A DNA stretch of 64,000 bases, taken from NCBI GenBank assembly GCA_963713855.1, contig OY970209.1, positions 1,440,001 to 1,504,000 on the forward strand, in the 5' to 3' direction. Position numbers and translations under genes: made by a program. The notes below the pieces were generated by a model, which searched no databases, had not been told where the DNA came from, and saw only the letters and a list, made by a program, of their open reading frames with translations. Source of the stretch: an uncultured bacterium (GTDB taxonomy: Bacteria; Babelota; Babeliae; Babelales; Babelaceae). Positions 10,412-21,239 of the stretch are shown here, piece by piece (position 1 is the first letter of the stretch; each line of letters opens with the position of its first letter).

Positions 10412-11312
10412 TGTTCAGTGACGCCCAAAGTGTAACGATATATTTATTTCCAAACACCTTTGGCTTGTGGTCATAACCGTATGAAATATCGAATAATAAC
10501 CTGCTTGGCAGATCGTTGATAAAGAATTTATATTTGTACACGGCGTAAAAGTTACTTCTCAGGTAGTTAGCTTTTTCTGTAATGTCATCAAGGTGTGGAT
10601 GAACGCGGGCTCCAAAACGAGCGCGCGCTGTATACCCTGCCTCAATGCCTTGATTTTCCCAATTGTGTTTATAGGCAAAAAACAAGTCTCCGACATTTCC
10701 AAGGGTAAAAAGATGATCTTTTTCTGTGGTATCTCTGCCATGTCTGGAAATAAAGCGAATGTATCGTGCACCGTATAAAAAGGCGCTCGTCTGTTGTGAT
10801 CCGTAAAAACCGTCAAGTTGTACACCAAAGCCAACTTGGCTGTAGCCAAAATCGGTGTGCTGTAGTCTCAACAGCCTATGTGTTGGAATTCCGACTAACC
10901 CTGATATCGTCACGTCTGCTTTTTTATTGAGGATAAAATTGTGTCCTACTGTAAAAAGAATATCATCAGCTTCGGTGTCTGAAAAGGTACTTCCATTAGG
11001 CTCATGCTCTTTTATATGCGAGAACGCAAAATCAATACGAAAATAATTATGACCAAAGTCATAAATATAGGATCCCAAGCTTCCTAAAAAATTTTGACGG
11101 GTGCCATCGTGCTTTTTTCGAAATTGGTCAAAGGGCAAGATGACAGCCATATGAGGTTTTTCTTCCGTCTTTTCAAAGATGGGCTGCTTTGTAATTTGCG
11201 CGATGCGAAAGTTATATACCATCGATACTGCCAAAAGATTTGCGTGCGGCAGCGTGCTTAAAAGTATAGCACATAATATGAATTGCTTCATTAATAACCC
11301 TTTTGAGCGCAC
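10401..11312 (-). CDS. Hypothetical exported protein, probable outer-membrane beta-barrel
   Basis: Signal peptide, alternating aromatic strands, terminal Phe. Confidence 0.6.
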   Translation of the reverse strand: MRSKGLLMKQFILCAILLSTLPHANLLAVSMVYNFRIAQITKQPIFEKTEEKPHMAVILPFDQFRKKHDGTRQNFLGSLGSYIYDFGHNYFRIDFAFSHIKEHEPNGSTFSDTEADDILFTVGHNFILNKKADVTISGLVGIPTHRLLRLQHTDFGYSQVGFGVQLDGFYGSQQTSAFLYGARYIRFISRHGRDTTEKDHLFTLGNVGDLFFAYKHNWENQGIEAGYTARARFGARVHPHLDDITEKANYLRSNFYAVYKYKFFINDLPSRLLFDISYGYDHKPKVFGNKYIVTLWASLNINF

Positions 11313-11554
11313 TTGTTTAATCCTAGATTTAATAAGCTAAAAGCCAACAAGCTTAAATATTGACGCCCGTAATTCCTCAATTTTGTACAAATCATAAACT
11401 AGAGTTACATTATTGTACAAAATCTCTCGCAATGGTTTATGGTTAGGTTTAGCAAAAGCCATAGCGACATATTTTACCCAGAAAGTATTCTCAAAATGAT
11501 TTAATTCTGGTAATATGAGGTTAGAAATCTCATATTGCAAGGAAAAATGAGATC

Positions 11555-12697
11555 ATGTTTAACAGATTGCTGAATTTGCCTCTTAAATCAAAGACGAGCA
11601 TTTTTCTATTTGGCCCTCGAGGTACAGGTAAGACTTCATGGCTCAAGAGCCATTTGCCAGAAGCTGTCTATCTTGACCTTCTTGATTTTAATACCTACAG
11701 TTTTCTTTCCGCAAATCCTACTAGACTTGAGCAGTTTATTCCTCCGCTCTATAATGACTGGATCATTATAGATGAGGTTCAGCGTGTACCGGAGCTACTC
11801 AATGAGGTACACCGCCTCATTGAAAGCAAGAGGTATCGTTTTATACTTACAGGTTCTAGTGCTCGAAGTTTGCGGCGCAAGGGCGTAAATCTGTTAGCTG
11901 GCAGAGCTTTTAAATATCATATGCACCCTCTCACTATTCAAGAAATTGGTAACGTTTTTAACCTCACTCATTCGCTTCAGTATGGCCTCTTGCCGATGGC
12001 TGTGACTGGTGAACATCCTAAACAATATTTAGAAAATTATGTGCAGACCTACCTTCGTGAGGAAGTTATTCAGGAAGGAATTACGAGGAATATTGGTGCG
12101 TTCAATCGTTTTTTGGAAATAGCAAGTTTCTCTCAAGGAAATGTACTCACAATGACGGAAATCGGGCGCGAATTGGCCCTTAGCAGATTTACCGTCGCTA
12201 ATTACTTTGCAATTCTTGAGGATTTGCTGATAGGTATCAGAATCCCGCCTTTTATGGAACGCGCCAAGCGCAGAATGGTAGCTCATGAAAAGTTTTACTT
12301 TTTCGATACGGGTGTATATCGCACCATACGTCCCATGAGGCCACTAGACACTCATGAAGAAGCTGATGGAGCAGCGTTAGAGACACTCTTTTTGCAATCT
12401 GTCAGGGCTATCAACGATTATCTGGAGCTAGGTTATGGAATATACTTTTGGAGAACTTCATCTGGAAGCGAGGTAGATTTTATTCTCTACGGTCCACGTG
12501 GCTTACATGCATTCGAAATTAAGCGATCGCCACGTGTAACAAACAAGGAACTCAGAGGATTACGCTCTTTTGGAGAAGATTACCCAAGTGCAAAGTTGCA
12601 TCTGCTTTTTATGAGCGCACAAAAAGAATATCATAGCTCCATTATTGCAAGACCTTTTGAAGCTGCTTTAAAAGAGTTACCTGAACTTCTTAGGTAA
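11555..12697 (+). CDS. AAA+ ATPase with DUF4143 domain
   Basis: GPRGTGKT, IIIDEVQ, LTGSS, LAGR, KFYFFDTG, FWRTSSGSEVDF. Confidence 0.92.
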   Translation: MFNRLLNLPLKSKTSIFLFGPRGTGKTSWLKSHLPEAVYLDLLDFNTYSFLSANPTRLEQFIPPLYNDWIIIDEVQRVPELLNEVHRLIESKRYRFILTGSSARSLRRKGVNLLAGRAFKYHMHPLTIQEIGNVFNLTHSLQYGLLPMAVTGEHPKQYLENYVQTYLREEVIQEGITRNIGAFNRFLEIASFSQGNVLTMTEIGRELALSRFTVANYFAILEDLLIGIRIPPFMERAKRRMVAHEKFYFFDTGVYRTIRPMRPLDTHEEADGAALETLFLQSVRAINDYLELGYGIYFWRTSSGSEVDFILYGPRGLHAFEIKRSPRVTNKELRGLRSFGEDYPSAKLHLLFMSAQKEYHSSIIARPFEAALKELPELLR

Positions 12698-12904
12698 GAG
12701 AGCCAACTTCAAACTCAGAATTTACCCGAGGGCAAATAATCATCTCAAACATAAAAAACGAGCGTTTATAAAAAGGCTCGTTTCACTTGTCATGATCTTG
12801 ATTTGTTTTAAGTAAAATATTGACTATTTTAACATGTTTGTATTAAAGTAGAGAGTAATTGAAACAAACTAAAAATTGCTCTTTCTGCTAAAGGAGAAAT
12901 CTTA

Positions 12905-14344
12905 ATGAGCCGGCTGAGAAAGAAACACTTAATCATTTTTACTCTTTGTCTTGTGGCATCCGGTTATATTGATGGTATGGAAAAGAAGAAATATTCACCT
13001 AAGGCAACTAAGGAATTAATTATTGCTGTTGAAGGTGGGGATCTTGAGGCAGCTAAAGCAGCGTTTGAGCAGGGAGGTGACCCTAATGCCCAGTTACCAA
13101 TTTTCCTGCCCGGCATGCAGGGATTGAGAGAACTCCCACGCTTTTACCTTAAATTTGGATTTAACCTTCTAGAGTACGCTATTGCGACCGGTAATTTACC
13201 AATGGCTCGCTTTCTGGCTAGACATGCGACCTTTAATCCTCACAAATTCGAAAAACTTGGGCTAGGAAACCTTTTAAATCTTGCGGTTCAATCAGGCAAT
13301 CTTGACATGGTACAATGGGTACTAGGGGAAGGCGCCGAAGTACTCGCACCGAGCGGTTTTTATCGTGATAGGCCCATTGATATGGCTCTTATCTATGGTC
13401 ATCCACATCTAATTAGCTATCTGAGGTCACAAGGTGCTTACATACCGGGGGGCCCTAGGGATCTAATCGCGCAAATCATTGAAGAATCCCTCCGCGTGGG
13501 AAGAACGGAAGAAAGTATCATTGAAAGCGTCGAACTTGCTCTTGAAAATGGTTATGACATCAATGCTCCTTTGCTACGTTTGTTTCGTCCCTTAGTCCTT
13601 GGTATCGAGGCTGGCCTCAATAATCTTGTTCAACTTCTCGTTGAACAAGGTGCGACACTTACTAATTCAGTAAGAAAAATTCTCAAAGACAAAAACATAA
13701 AAAGTATCTTTAATAACACTCTTCTAGATGCGATTGCGTTCGGGTATAAAGACACAGTTTTAGTTTTACTTGCAGAACTAAAGAGTAAGGAGAAGTTGAG
13801 CAATAGTGAGATACTGCTCATCCGCCGCGCTTTAAATCTTGCATCAGCGCAAGGTTTTGAAGAGATTGTCGTAGAACTTTTAGCTCATTTTAGTAATTAT
13901 CTAAACAGAGAAACTATTGGCCGGTCACTCTATCTAGCCACGAGAAACGGTCATCTAAATGTGGTCCAAGATCTCTTTGAAAGTCAAAGTGGTTCGATTC
14001 AGCACAATTCTTTAGATTGGAGACCATACTTAGCAAGAGCTTTGCGTGCCGCAATCTTAAGAAGCCAAACCAACTCAGAGATTCTTAGTTTTTTTCTTAC
14101 CAACGATTTTCTTTACAATTTAGGAATCCCTATTGATGCGGTTGACCAAATAAGGGATATGGTTAATGACCCCCATATTACGATGGAAAACAGACAGTAC
14201 CTTGAGGAACTACTGGCGACCTTGACACGCCATCAGCGTGCAGTGGGACTTAGGGAGGCTGAGCTACTCGCACAACAAGAAACCAGTTTGATTAGAACAT
14301 TACCTGAATCAGTTTTAAGTAGAGTCGTCGGCTATCTCCATTAA
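12905..14344 (+). CDS. Ankyrin-repeat protein with signal peptide and C-terminal F-box-like motif
   Basis: Repeated LxxAxxxGxLxxVxxL units; ends LIRTLPESVLSRVVGYLH. Confidence 0.85.
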   Translation: MSRLRKKHLIIFTLCLVASGYIDGMEKKKYSPKATKELIIAVEGGDLEAAKAAFEQGGDPNAQLPIFLPGMQGLRELPRFYLKFGFNLLEYAIATGNLPMARFLARHATFNPHKFEKLGLGNLLNLAVQSGNLDMVQWVLGEGAEVLAPSGFYRDRPIDMALIYGHPHLISYLRSQGAYIPGGPRDLIAQIIEESLRVGRTEESIIESVELALENGYDINAPLLRLFRPLVLGIEAGLNNLVQLLVEQGATLTNSVRKILKDKNIKSIFNNTLLDAIAFGYKDTVLVLLAELKSKEKLSNSEILLIRRALNLASAQGFEEIVVELLAHFSNYLNRETIGRSLYLATRNGHLNVVQDLFESQSGSIQHNSLDWRPYLARALRAAILRSQTNSEILSFFLTNDFLYNLGIPIDAVDQIRDMVNDPHITMENRQYLEELLATLTRHQRAVGLREAELLAQQETSLIRTLPESVLSRVVGYLH

Positions 14345-14489
14345 CTTCCTAGGGCTATCTCGATCCCCGCTCTTTGGATGACTATGCGCTTGCAGTTGAT
14401 TTGCTGGCATTACGATTCTGAGAATTAGCCCCAATGTTAAGCTGAAAATTCAAGTTATATAAGAAAGAATATAACGGTTAATGATTGCT

Positions 14490-14522
14490 CTCTGGGGATG
14501 ACGCTAGACGTCATCCCCAGAG
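14490..14522. terminator. Perfect 14-bp stem between convergent genes (bidirectional terminator or REP-like)
   Basis: CTCTGGGGATGACG-CTAGA-CGTCATCCCCAGAG. Confidence 0.65.
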
Positions 14523-14556
14523 CAGATCCCTTTATAGAGCTTATTTGAACTATTTC

Positions 14557-16653
14557 CTAATCTGCAGATGCATTACTTAGAGGTTCTCTTTGCAAGAAAT
14601 CTCTAAGAAGGAGTGTAGGATGCTTGCTGCCGCCTTTACTTAGAATGGTATTTCTATAACGCTTTCCTGTTTCTACGTTATCGATTCCTTGCTCTTTTAT
14701 ATACTTAAATAGATCGCGGGCATATTCTTGCGCCCAAGCGTATCCATAATAGCGTGAGCCATAAACACCAAGATGCAAGAAGGCTGATTCAAGGTGTTCA
14801 TCTTGCGAAGTCTGCTTATGTGGACAGTATTTTTGTTGCATAGAAAGCATAATCGAATGGGCACTCTGACTTGCGCTACGCTTAAATAACTGAAGTGAAG
14901 TTTGGGCAAAAACAAGCTGTCGTCTTACAAAATCTATGTCATCGATCTCTTTAAGAGCGATCATTGAATCGATGATTTCATCAGGAAGACTTTCGCCTGT
15001 CTTATAGTGTTTGCTGATGCGCTTTATCATATCTTTTTCCCACATCCACTCTTCAAGCATCTGGGACGGCATCTCGACAAAGTCAATCTTGTCTTTTGTT
15101 CCAGCGAATTTTGCCATTCGCGTATTACTAAATAGTGTGTGAAGAGCATGTCCAAATTCATGGAAAAAGGTTGTAACATTATCGTGCGTCAAGAGAGAAG
15201 GACGGTCAGCCTGCGGTTTTGGAAAGTTTGCCATCACAATCCCTACACTAGGTGATGTCTTACCATCATTTTGCTTTAAAGGATGAATGACAGGTAAATG
15301 GGCAGCGTGTGAATATTTCCCTTCACGCGGAAAAAGATCAAGTATGATATATCCAAGGAAAGTGCCGTCTCCTTCGCTTGCTTCTAGAACAATTGTATCT
15401 TTATTCCAAGGCATTGAGTAATCAAGTCTTTTTAGTTGAATACCGAAAAACGACTCATAGAGCTCAAGAAGAACTTTGAGCGTGTAATCTGCCGGGAAAT
15501 ATTCTGCAATCTTTTGGTGATCGATATTATAATGCTTTTTTCGATAGGTATTTTTAATCAAAGTCCAGTCCCAGGGTTTAAAAATGCCTTGTTCTGTTAA
15601 TGCTATCCCCTTGGGAAGATTGGCCTTGTAGATCTTAAGAAGCTCATCCATTTTCTCACGGGTTTTTATATCTAAGCGGTCAAGAAACTTTTCCACCACT
15701 TCTGGAGACTGTGCCATCTCATCCTCAAGCTCATAGTGAGCGGTGGTTTTATACCCAAATAGGTGAGAAAGCTTTTCTTGAGCCTCTCTTAAATCCTCGA
15801 GCACCTTATCGTTAACGGGCCAGGCGTGAGTAGCATATGCAGCCCACAAGGCCTTACGAGTAGCTTCTACCGTGCAATTTTGAAAGACGGGAACGGACGT
15901 TGATGAGCCGATTCCCACTTTACAGAGGCCTTCAGGCGTTCGTTCCAGACCCTTTATAAAATCTTCAGGCATGCCTGCTAGCTGGCTTTCTGTAACGCAG
16001 ATATGCTTCTTTGCATCTTCATTAATATTAAGGCCAAAACTTACCTTAAGTTTGCTGATTTTTTTTCTTAGCGCTTGAGCTTGCTTTCGTATACCCTCTG
16101 GAAGCCCCATGCCGCTTTGCTTGTACGCCTTGAGGACTTCCTTGATATAATCGCTTGATTCTTCATCAAGTAACTCGTATTTTCGTGCGCCGAGTTCATA
16201 TCCCTCGAGTGCTTTATAAAGCGACTCATTTTGCGTTATCGCTCCAATCTGAAACTCAATAAAGCGATCGAGCTGCGTCTTACAAATATCCCGTATCGCT
16301 TTATCTTCGCTTAGTTGCAAAAGGGCCGCTATAAGAGAGGATTCAATTTCCAAGTGGTTTGAGGCTTCATCGTATGCTTTAAAAGTATTTTTAAACGTTC
16401 TCTTACTATCTGGAAGTGCAATAATAGTGTCAAGAGCCTTTCGAGTCAGGTCTAACGCGCTATCGGTTCGTTTAATAATGTCTTTTTCTGATGTGGGAAA
16501 TACCTCCATCAGATCATGGACATTTCTTACAACCCGGGGGTTTAAAGAGGGCTTTGCCCTATTACTCGAAATAAAAAAACCCGCCACTAAAATCGGAAAG
16601 GTATAAAGTAAAAGCTTACACATATTTTTCATTGTTCTTGATGTATTGTCCAT
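14557..16653 (-). CDS. M3 family oligopeptidase (thimet oligopeptidase/PrlC-like)
   Basis: LDLFPREGKYSHAA, FFHEFGHALH, DFVEMPSQMLEEW, YYGYAWA. Confidence 0.95.
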   Translation of the reverse strand: MDNTSRTMKNMCKLLLYTFPILVAGFFISSNRAKPSLNPRVVRNVHDLMEVFPTSEKDIIKRTDSALDLTRKALDTIIALPDSKRTFKNTFKAYDEASNHLEIESSLIAALLQLSEDKAIRDICKTQLDRFIEFQIGAITQNESLYKALEGYELGARKYELLDEESSDYIKEVLKAYKQSGMGLPEGIRKQAQALRKKISKLKVSFGLNINEDAKKHICVTESQLAGMPEDFIKGLERTPEGLCKVGIGSSTSVPVFQNCTVEATRKALWAAYATHAWPVNDKVLEDLREAQEKLSHLFGYKTTAHYELEDEMAQSPEVVEKFLDRLDIKTREKMDELLKIYKANLPKGIALTEQGIFKPWDWTLIKNTYRKKHYNIDHQKIAEYFPADYTLKVLLELYESFFGIQLKRLDYSMPWNKDTIVLEASEGDGTFLGYIILDLFPREGKYSHAAHLPVIHPLKQNDGKTSPSVGIVMANFPKPQADRPSLLTHDNVTTFFHEFGHALHTLFSNTRMAKFAGTKDKIDFVEMPSQMLEEWMWEKDMIKRISKHYKTGESLPDEIIDSMIALKEIDDIDFVRRQLVFAQTSLQLFKRSASQSAHSIMLSMQQKYCPHKQTSQDEHLESAFLHLGVYGSRYYGYAWAQEYARDLFKYIKEQGIDNVETGKRYRNTILSKGGSKHPTLLLRDFLQREPLSNASAD

Positions 16654-16898
16654 GCGCTACTCGGATAAAGGTTTAAAATGATTTTCTGTATTTGACTATA
16701 CCAATAGTAACTTTATTGTCAATAATTTGATAATTATATTTTAAAACTGAATATAAATATCATTATTTTACGACTCGAGTGAGTTAGCACACTATGCAAG
16801 ATAAAATCGTTCTCGTCAACGCTGAGTGCATTTGTTTTGACTTTCCTATTTTATATATTTATAACTGTATAAAACAGACTACCCTTAAGGATATTTTT

Positions 16899-17624
16899 AT
16901 GAAAAAAACGCTCGTAGGTATATTTCTATTGACTAACTTCTGGTGTTTCATCAGTTGCTCCGATGTACAAAACTTCGAGTTAAAAATAATTAATAATTTG
17001 AAAGATGAGCTTGAAGTTGTTATAGCAGATTCAGCTTCTCCGTTTAGGCGTTTGAGATGGACGGTGCCAACCGGAACCTATAAAACGAAACTGGGCGTAA
17101 CTGATCTTAATAAGCCATATCTGCAATATATAAGTGTATCGCAATGCGTAAGTATGGCTGCCAAGCTTTGGTCTTTAGCTCATGGGTATGTCAAAGAGAT
17201 TATTTATGAGGAAAATCTTGTCGAACTGCCAACAACATTTTCAACGTACGGTCCTCTTATTATTGAAATATCTAAAGATAATACTGGAAAGATATTTACA
17301 AGAAGATACTGGGAAAAAACAGCAGACCTATTTCAAAAGACAAATGCTCATTATGCTAAAGAGTACATTAATCTCGAAACATACGAAAAAGGACAAGAAA
17401 CGCCTGACCATCGACCTATCAGATTCTTTGATGAGAATTTAGCAGAACAGTATGAAATTCTCGGCTTAAAACAGGGCAGTACAGAACAAGAAATCAAAAA
17501 AGCCTATCGAAAACTTGTACTTGAATGGCATCCTGATAAACACGAAAACAAAGCTATGGCACAACAGATGATGCAAAAAATTAATCAAGCTTACGAGGCT
17601 CTTTTGGCCTTTCGAAATCAATAG
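16899..17624 (+). CDS. Exported protein with C-terminal DnaJ (J) domain
   Basis: YEILGL..EIKKAYRKLVLEWHPDK..INQAYEAL; AAGGA RBS and signal peptide at ATG 16899. Confidence 0.88.
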   Translation: MKKTLVGIFLLTNFWCFISCSDVQNFELKIINNLKDELEVVIADSASPFRRLRWTVPTGTYKTKLGVTDLNKPYLQYISVSQCVSMAAKLWSLAHGYVKEIIYEENLVELPTTFSTYGPLIIEISKDNTGKIFTRRYWEKTADLFQKTNAHYAKEYINLETYEKGQETPDHRPIRFFDENLAEQYEILGLKQGSTEQEIKKAYRKLVLEWHPDKHENKAMAQQMMQKINQAYEALLAFRNQ

Positions 17625-17678
17625 GTAAACAAGATTAGCCTTTTTGCGGTGCTATAAAAACAATCATATTTATTCGTT

Positions 17679-18551
17679 TTAGCCTGGTTCCATTGAAAAT
17701 TCGTGCAACCATGGCTCTTTTGAAAGCTGCTCAGCAGTGACTGCTTCACTATTCCTGCCATAAAGCTGTCGTGTATCGATGTATTGAGGTATGTTGTTTT
17801 TGCGTGCACTATCACTAAAGATAATGAACTCATATCTTTTGGTCTCGTCAGTATACGTGAGTCTGTCTAGATACGGGTACTGTATTAGATAAGTACAGTG
17901 GACAAGAGGCACTTCAACGATCCCTTTAACTGTAGAGAGCAATGGAACGTAGCGAAAATCGTCTTGCATGTAGCCCCAAGAATTAACTCCTGCAAAAAAA
18001 TTTGCCCACAACGAGTTATCTGATTTACGAAGAAGTGGCGCTATGATAGGAACATCTGCATCAATAAGAGATTCCAAGGTTGAAGGTTGTATAAAATTAT
18101 CACAATCAGCCGTAAAATAATGAGACTTGTGCGCGATTGCCCACCGTAATGACTCATTTCTCATTTTTCCAAGCACGGACAAACGAAGAGCATTCCACTC
18201 GTGATGGCCATAATCCTGAACGTTTTCAGCAACGTCAACGTCGTTAAAGTAAATACTTTTATAGCGATGGCTAACGCGGTCAATCCATTCTCTCAAAAGT
18301 TCTTTGGTTCTATCAGTATTATTATTTGTTCGAATCCATAGGTGTGTGCGACTTGCCGGCCATGTTTGTCTTTCTATACACTGCAGGTAAAGAGGCAAAC
18401 AATGCGCCTTGTCTTTAGCTAAGATTGCGATAGTTACGGTAACGCCATCAGGATCTGAATTTTCAATTGATGAAAATATTCTGGTATACATCAGTAGCGC
18501 TAAAAGAAATACGATAATCTTCATGAACACCTCGCGTGCCTTTAAAAACAC
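17679..18551 (-). CDS. GT-A glycosyltransferase, PLOD/COLGALT-like
   Basis: IAILAKDKAHCLPLYL, IRTNNNTDRT, FTADCDNF, PIIAPLL, VPLVHCTYLI. Confidence 0.8.
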   Translation of the reverse strand: MFLKAREVFMKIIVFLLALLMYTRIFSSIENSDPDGVTVTIAILAKDKAHCLPLYLQCIERQTWPASRTHLWIRTNNNTDRTKELLREWIDRVSHRYKSIYFNDVDVAENVQDYGHHEWNALRLSVLGKMRNESLRWAIAHKSHYFTADCDNFIQPSTLESLIDADVPIIAPLLRKSDNSLWANFFAGVNSWGYMQDDFRYVPLLSTVKGIVEVPLVHCTYLIQYPYLDRLTYTDETKRYEFIIFSDSARKNNIPQYIDTRQLYGRNSEAVTAEQLSKEPWLHEFSMEPG

Positions 18552-18567
18552 ATTTTGTTTACGTTGC

Positions 18568-19395
18568 TCAAACAGTTAAAATGTTCGCCATTTCTGACTC
18601 AATGATTTTAGATAGCGACCTGTATCCTCTAAATTCGCTGATCCAGGGTTCTTTTGAAAATGACTCGACATCATTAGAAAAACTTATATGCCCATATATA
18701 ATGCGTGTATCAAGGTACTGTGGTATTGCATTGTTGCGAGCTGATTGACTGAAAATGACGTAGGGATGTCTAGTTGTTTGATCCACAAAAGACAATTTTG
18801 GTATAAATTCCCATCTAACAAGATAGGTGCCATGCACTACGGGTACCTCTATCAATCCTTTGTATTCTTGCCCGAGAAGATGATGATAGAATAGACAGTC
18901 ACTATAATAGCCTTGCGCGTCTATGCATGCGTGATAATTCGAAAATAGGGTGCTTCCAGTACGCAATAACGGAGCTATTATGGGTAATTTTGGCTTTAAA
19001 AGCAGCTCAATTGTCGATGGTGCAATAAAAGCAGTACCGTCAAGTTCAAAATAATGTGATGAGCGTGCATGAGCCCAATAAGCTGCTTTCTCGTGAATAT
19101 TGCCATCCACATACACCTCGTCACTGTCCCTTTGAACATAGTGGATGCCGCGGTATTGATATTTTACTTCACCAATCCACTGCTCAAATATGCGACAAGA
19201 TTGCACATCGGTAGAGGGTACAGAAATGTAAAGATAGGTTTTATTTTTAGGCCAGGTCTGATTTTCTATCGTCGCTAAAAAAAGTGGCAATAGATGCGGC
19301 TTACTGTTTTGTAGAAGAGCTATCGTAACAACATCCTCTTTACAGATAGCGCGAAAGCAAATCAGAAAACTAACTATAACTAACCATAAGCGCAT
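18568..19395 (-). CDS. GT-A glycosyltransferase paralog (DxD degenerate)
   Basis: Same motifs (ENQTWPK, PIIAPLLR, VPVVHGTYL); ELDGT at the DxD position. Confidence 0.75.
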   Translation of the reverse strand: MRLWLVIVSFLICFRAICKEDVVTIALLQNSKPHLLPLFLATIENQTWPKNKTYLYISVPSTDVQSCRIFEQWIGEVKYQYRGIHYVQRDSDEVYVDGNIHEKAAYWAHARSSHYFELDGTAFIAPSTIELLLKPKLPIIAPLLRTGSTLFSNYHACIDAQGYYSDCLFYHHLLGQEYKGLIEVPVVHGTYLVRWEFIPKLSFVDQTTRHPYVIFSQSARNNAIPQYLDTRIIYGHISFSNDVESFSKEPWISEFRGYRSLSKIIESEMANILTV

Positions 19396-19419
19396 GCGTA
19401 CCTCACTACTTCAAAAGTG

Positions 19420-20910
19420 CTAATTTGGAGCTTTCGTGTGCTGAATTAATAAAACACGGCTTCTGTAGCCCGTCTTTGGTACCACATAGGTAAGAATAGG
19501 GTTGCCCTTACAATTAAATGGTGGTTTTGTAAGATCCAGAGAGCGGTATTCTCCACGCTTGATATCCTGATTAAGCCACTCATCCGGATCGAGGCTGTTG
19601 GTTATAAGGCAATACTTATACTTTTTAAACATCTCAATAAGTTTTTCAACGTCCTGATTGGTTAAATGTTGCAGAACGTCCTTACAAATGAGAAGATCGG
19701 CTTGTGGTAATTCAGACTTAAGGGCATCAAACTCTTCAAAATGAATGTGATCATTTTCATAACGGGACTTATTGAGTGCCACAACACTCGGTACCACTTC
19801 TAGACCACGATACTCTATTCCTTGCCAGTCGATAAGATGAGAAAACTCCCATAAGCCACAGCCAAGATCTACGACCGATTTTATGGCGTGATCTTTTAAA
19901 AAGTTTTGCAACATGATGCGATAGCTTATTGTTGCCTCTACGGTGGATCCTTTTCCAGAGGTACTTTCTCCGTCCTTATCGATACGCCAGATTTTTTGGT
20001 CATAAATTTCAGTAAAAACGGCTGACGAATCTCTGTTTTTAAGAAAGCCTAATTGGTCATTAATGCTAGCAACCTGAGAAACGCAGCTTGCAAATTCATT
20101 AATCCAAGGTTCTCCAATCAGTGCTTGTGCATTTTCGGCGAATGTTATACGTCCCTTCGTCGAGCGTGTATCAATATACTGACGAATTCCCGTTTTCCGA
20201 GCGACGTCACTAAAAATAACGTAAGGATAACGATCACTGTTGTCATCGTAAGAAACTTTATCAAGCACAGCGTGGCGAATGAAATACGTACCATTTACGA
20301 CGGGAACAGTTATAAGGCCGCGCACTTCTTGCGCTAATAGATTGGCATAAAGAGGGCAATCTTTAAAATAACCATTTTGGTCAATACACGCATGGTAATT
20401 AGAAAATAAATTGTTTCCCGTTCTCAATAAAGGGGCAACAATAGGCAATTTTGTTTTAACAAGTGTCTCAAGCGTAGATGGAGCAATAAAATGGTTGCAA
20501 TCAACAACGAAGTAATGTGACTTATTATCATTAGCCCAATCAACCGATTTTTTCGAGATTTGACCAGAAGTCTTCAGCCGAATAGGGTCCCACTCGTCAC
20601 GATCATAAAGGTTTGCCTTTTCCTGCTCATCAGCATAGTCAAAATGAATACCAAGATAATCGCTCTTTACTACATCGGTCCAGTCCGTAACAGTCTTTAC
20701 AACGTCAATGTCTTTACAGTCTACATGTATATATAAATATGTTTGCTTTTTGGGCCAGGTTTGATTTTCTATAGAAGCAAGATGTAAGGGCAATGTATGT
20801 GGCTTATTTCTTAGTAACAGGGCCATAGTTACGGTTTCCTGTTCTTGCACCTTACAATCGCAGCAGAAAAATGTAAAAAAACAAATAAAAGAAAAGTAGA
20901 TGAGATTCAT
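19420..20910 (-). CDS. GT-A glycosyltransferase paralog fused to class I SAM methyltransferase
   Basis: N-terminal half as above; C-terminal half FTEIY..W..SGKGS, VVDLGCG, DLLICKDVLQHL. Confidence 0.85.
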   Translation of the reverse strand: MNLIYFSFICFFTFFCCDCKVQEQETVTMALLLRNKPHTLPLHLASIENQTWPKKQTYLYIHVDCKDIDVVKTVTDWTDVVKSDYLGIHFDYADEQEKANLYDRDEWDPIRLKTSGQISKKSVDWANDNKSHYFVVDCNHFIAPSTLETLVKTKLPIVAPLLRTGNNLFSNYHACIDQNGYFKDCPLYANLLAQEVRGLITVPVVNGTYFIRHAVLDKVSYDDNSDRYPYVIFSDVARKTGIRQYIDTRSTKGRITFAENAQALIGEPWINEFASCVSQVASINDQLGFLKNRDSSAVFTEIYDQKIWRIDKDGESTSGKGSTVEATISYRIMLQNFLKDHAIKSVVDLGCGLWEFSHLIDWQGIEYRGLEVVPSVVALNKSRYENDHIHFEEFDALKSELPQADLLICKDVLQHLTNQDVEKLIEMFKKYKYCLITNSLDPDEWLNQDIKRGEYRSLDLTKPPFNCKGNPILTYVVPKTGYRSRVLLIQHTKAPN

Positions 20911-21239
20911 TGGAAGCTCTTAATTTTGCGTATGTATCAAAGCCCTTTTATTTTGGCTAGTGATATGTATACCACACATAGGCTGTAAATGGAAGCGACC
21001 AAGTTACTGCAAATCAAAAAAATATCCTGAAATTCCTGCTTTTCATGATTTCCATTTACCGCCTTCTTAAGCTCTCGTATAAGCACGAAATACGGCGACG
21101 AGGGGAGTACCAATCGCCCTACCAAAAATAGCTCTTAGAAATCATTTAACCTTGTTCTTAGCTTCTCGCTTGAAAAGAAACCATATTGTTGCTGAAAACC
21201 CAGTAGCAGTTAGCACCACCAGGTATTGCAACCACTTTT

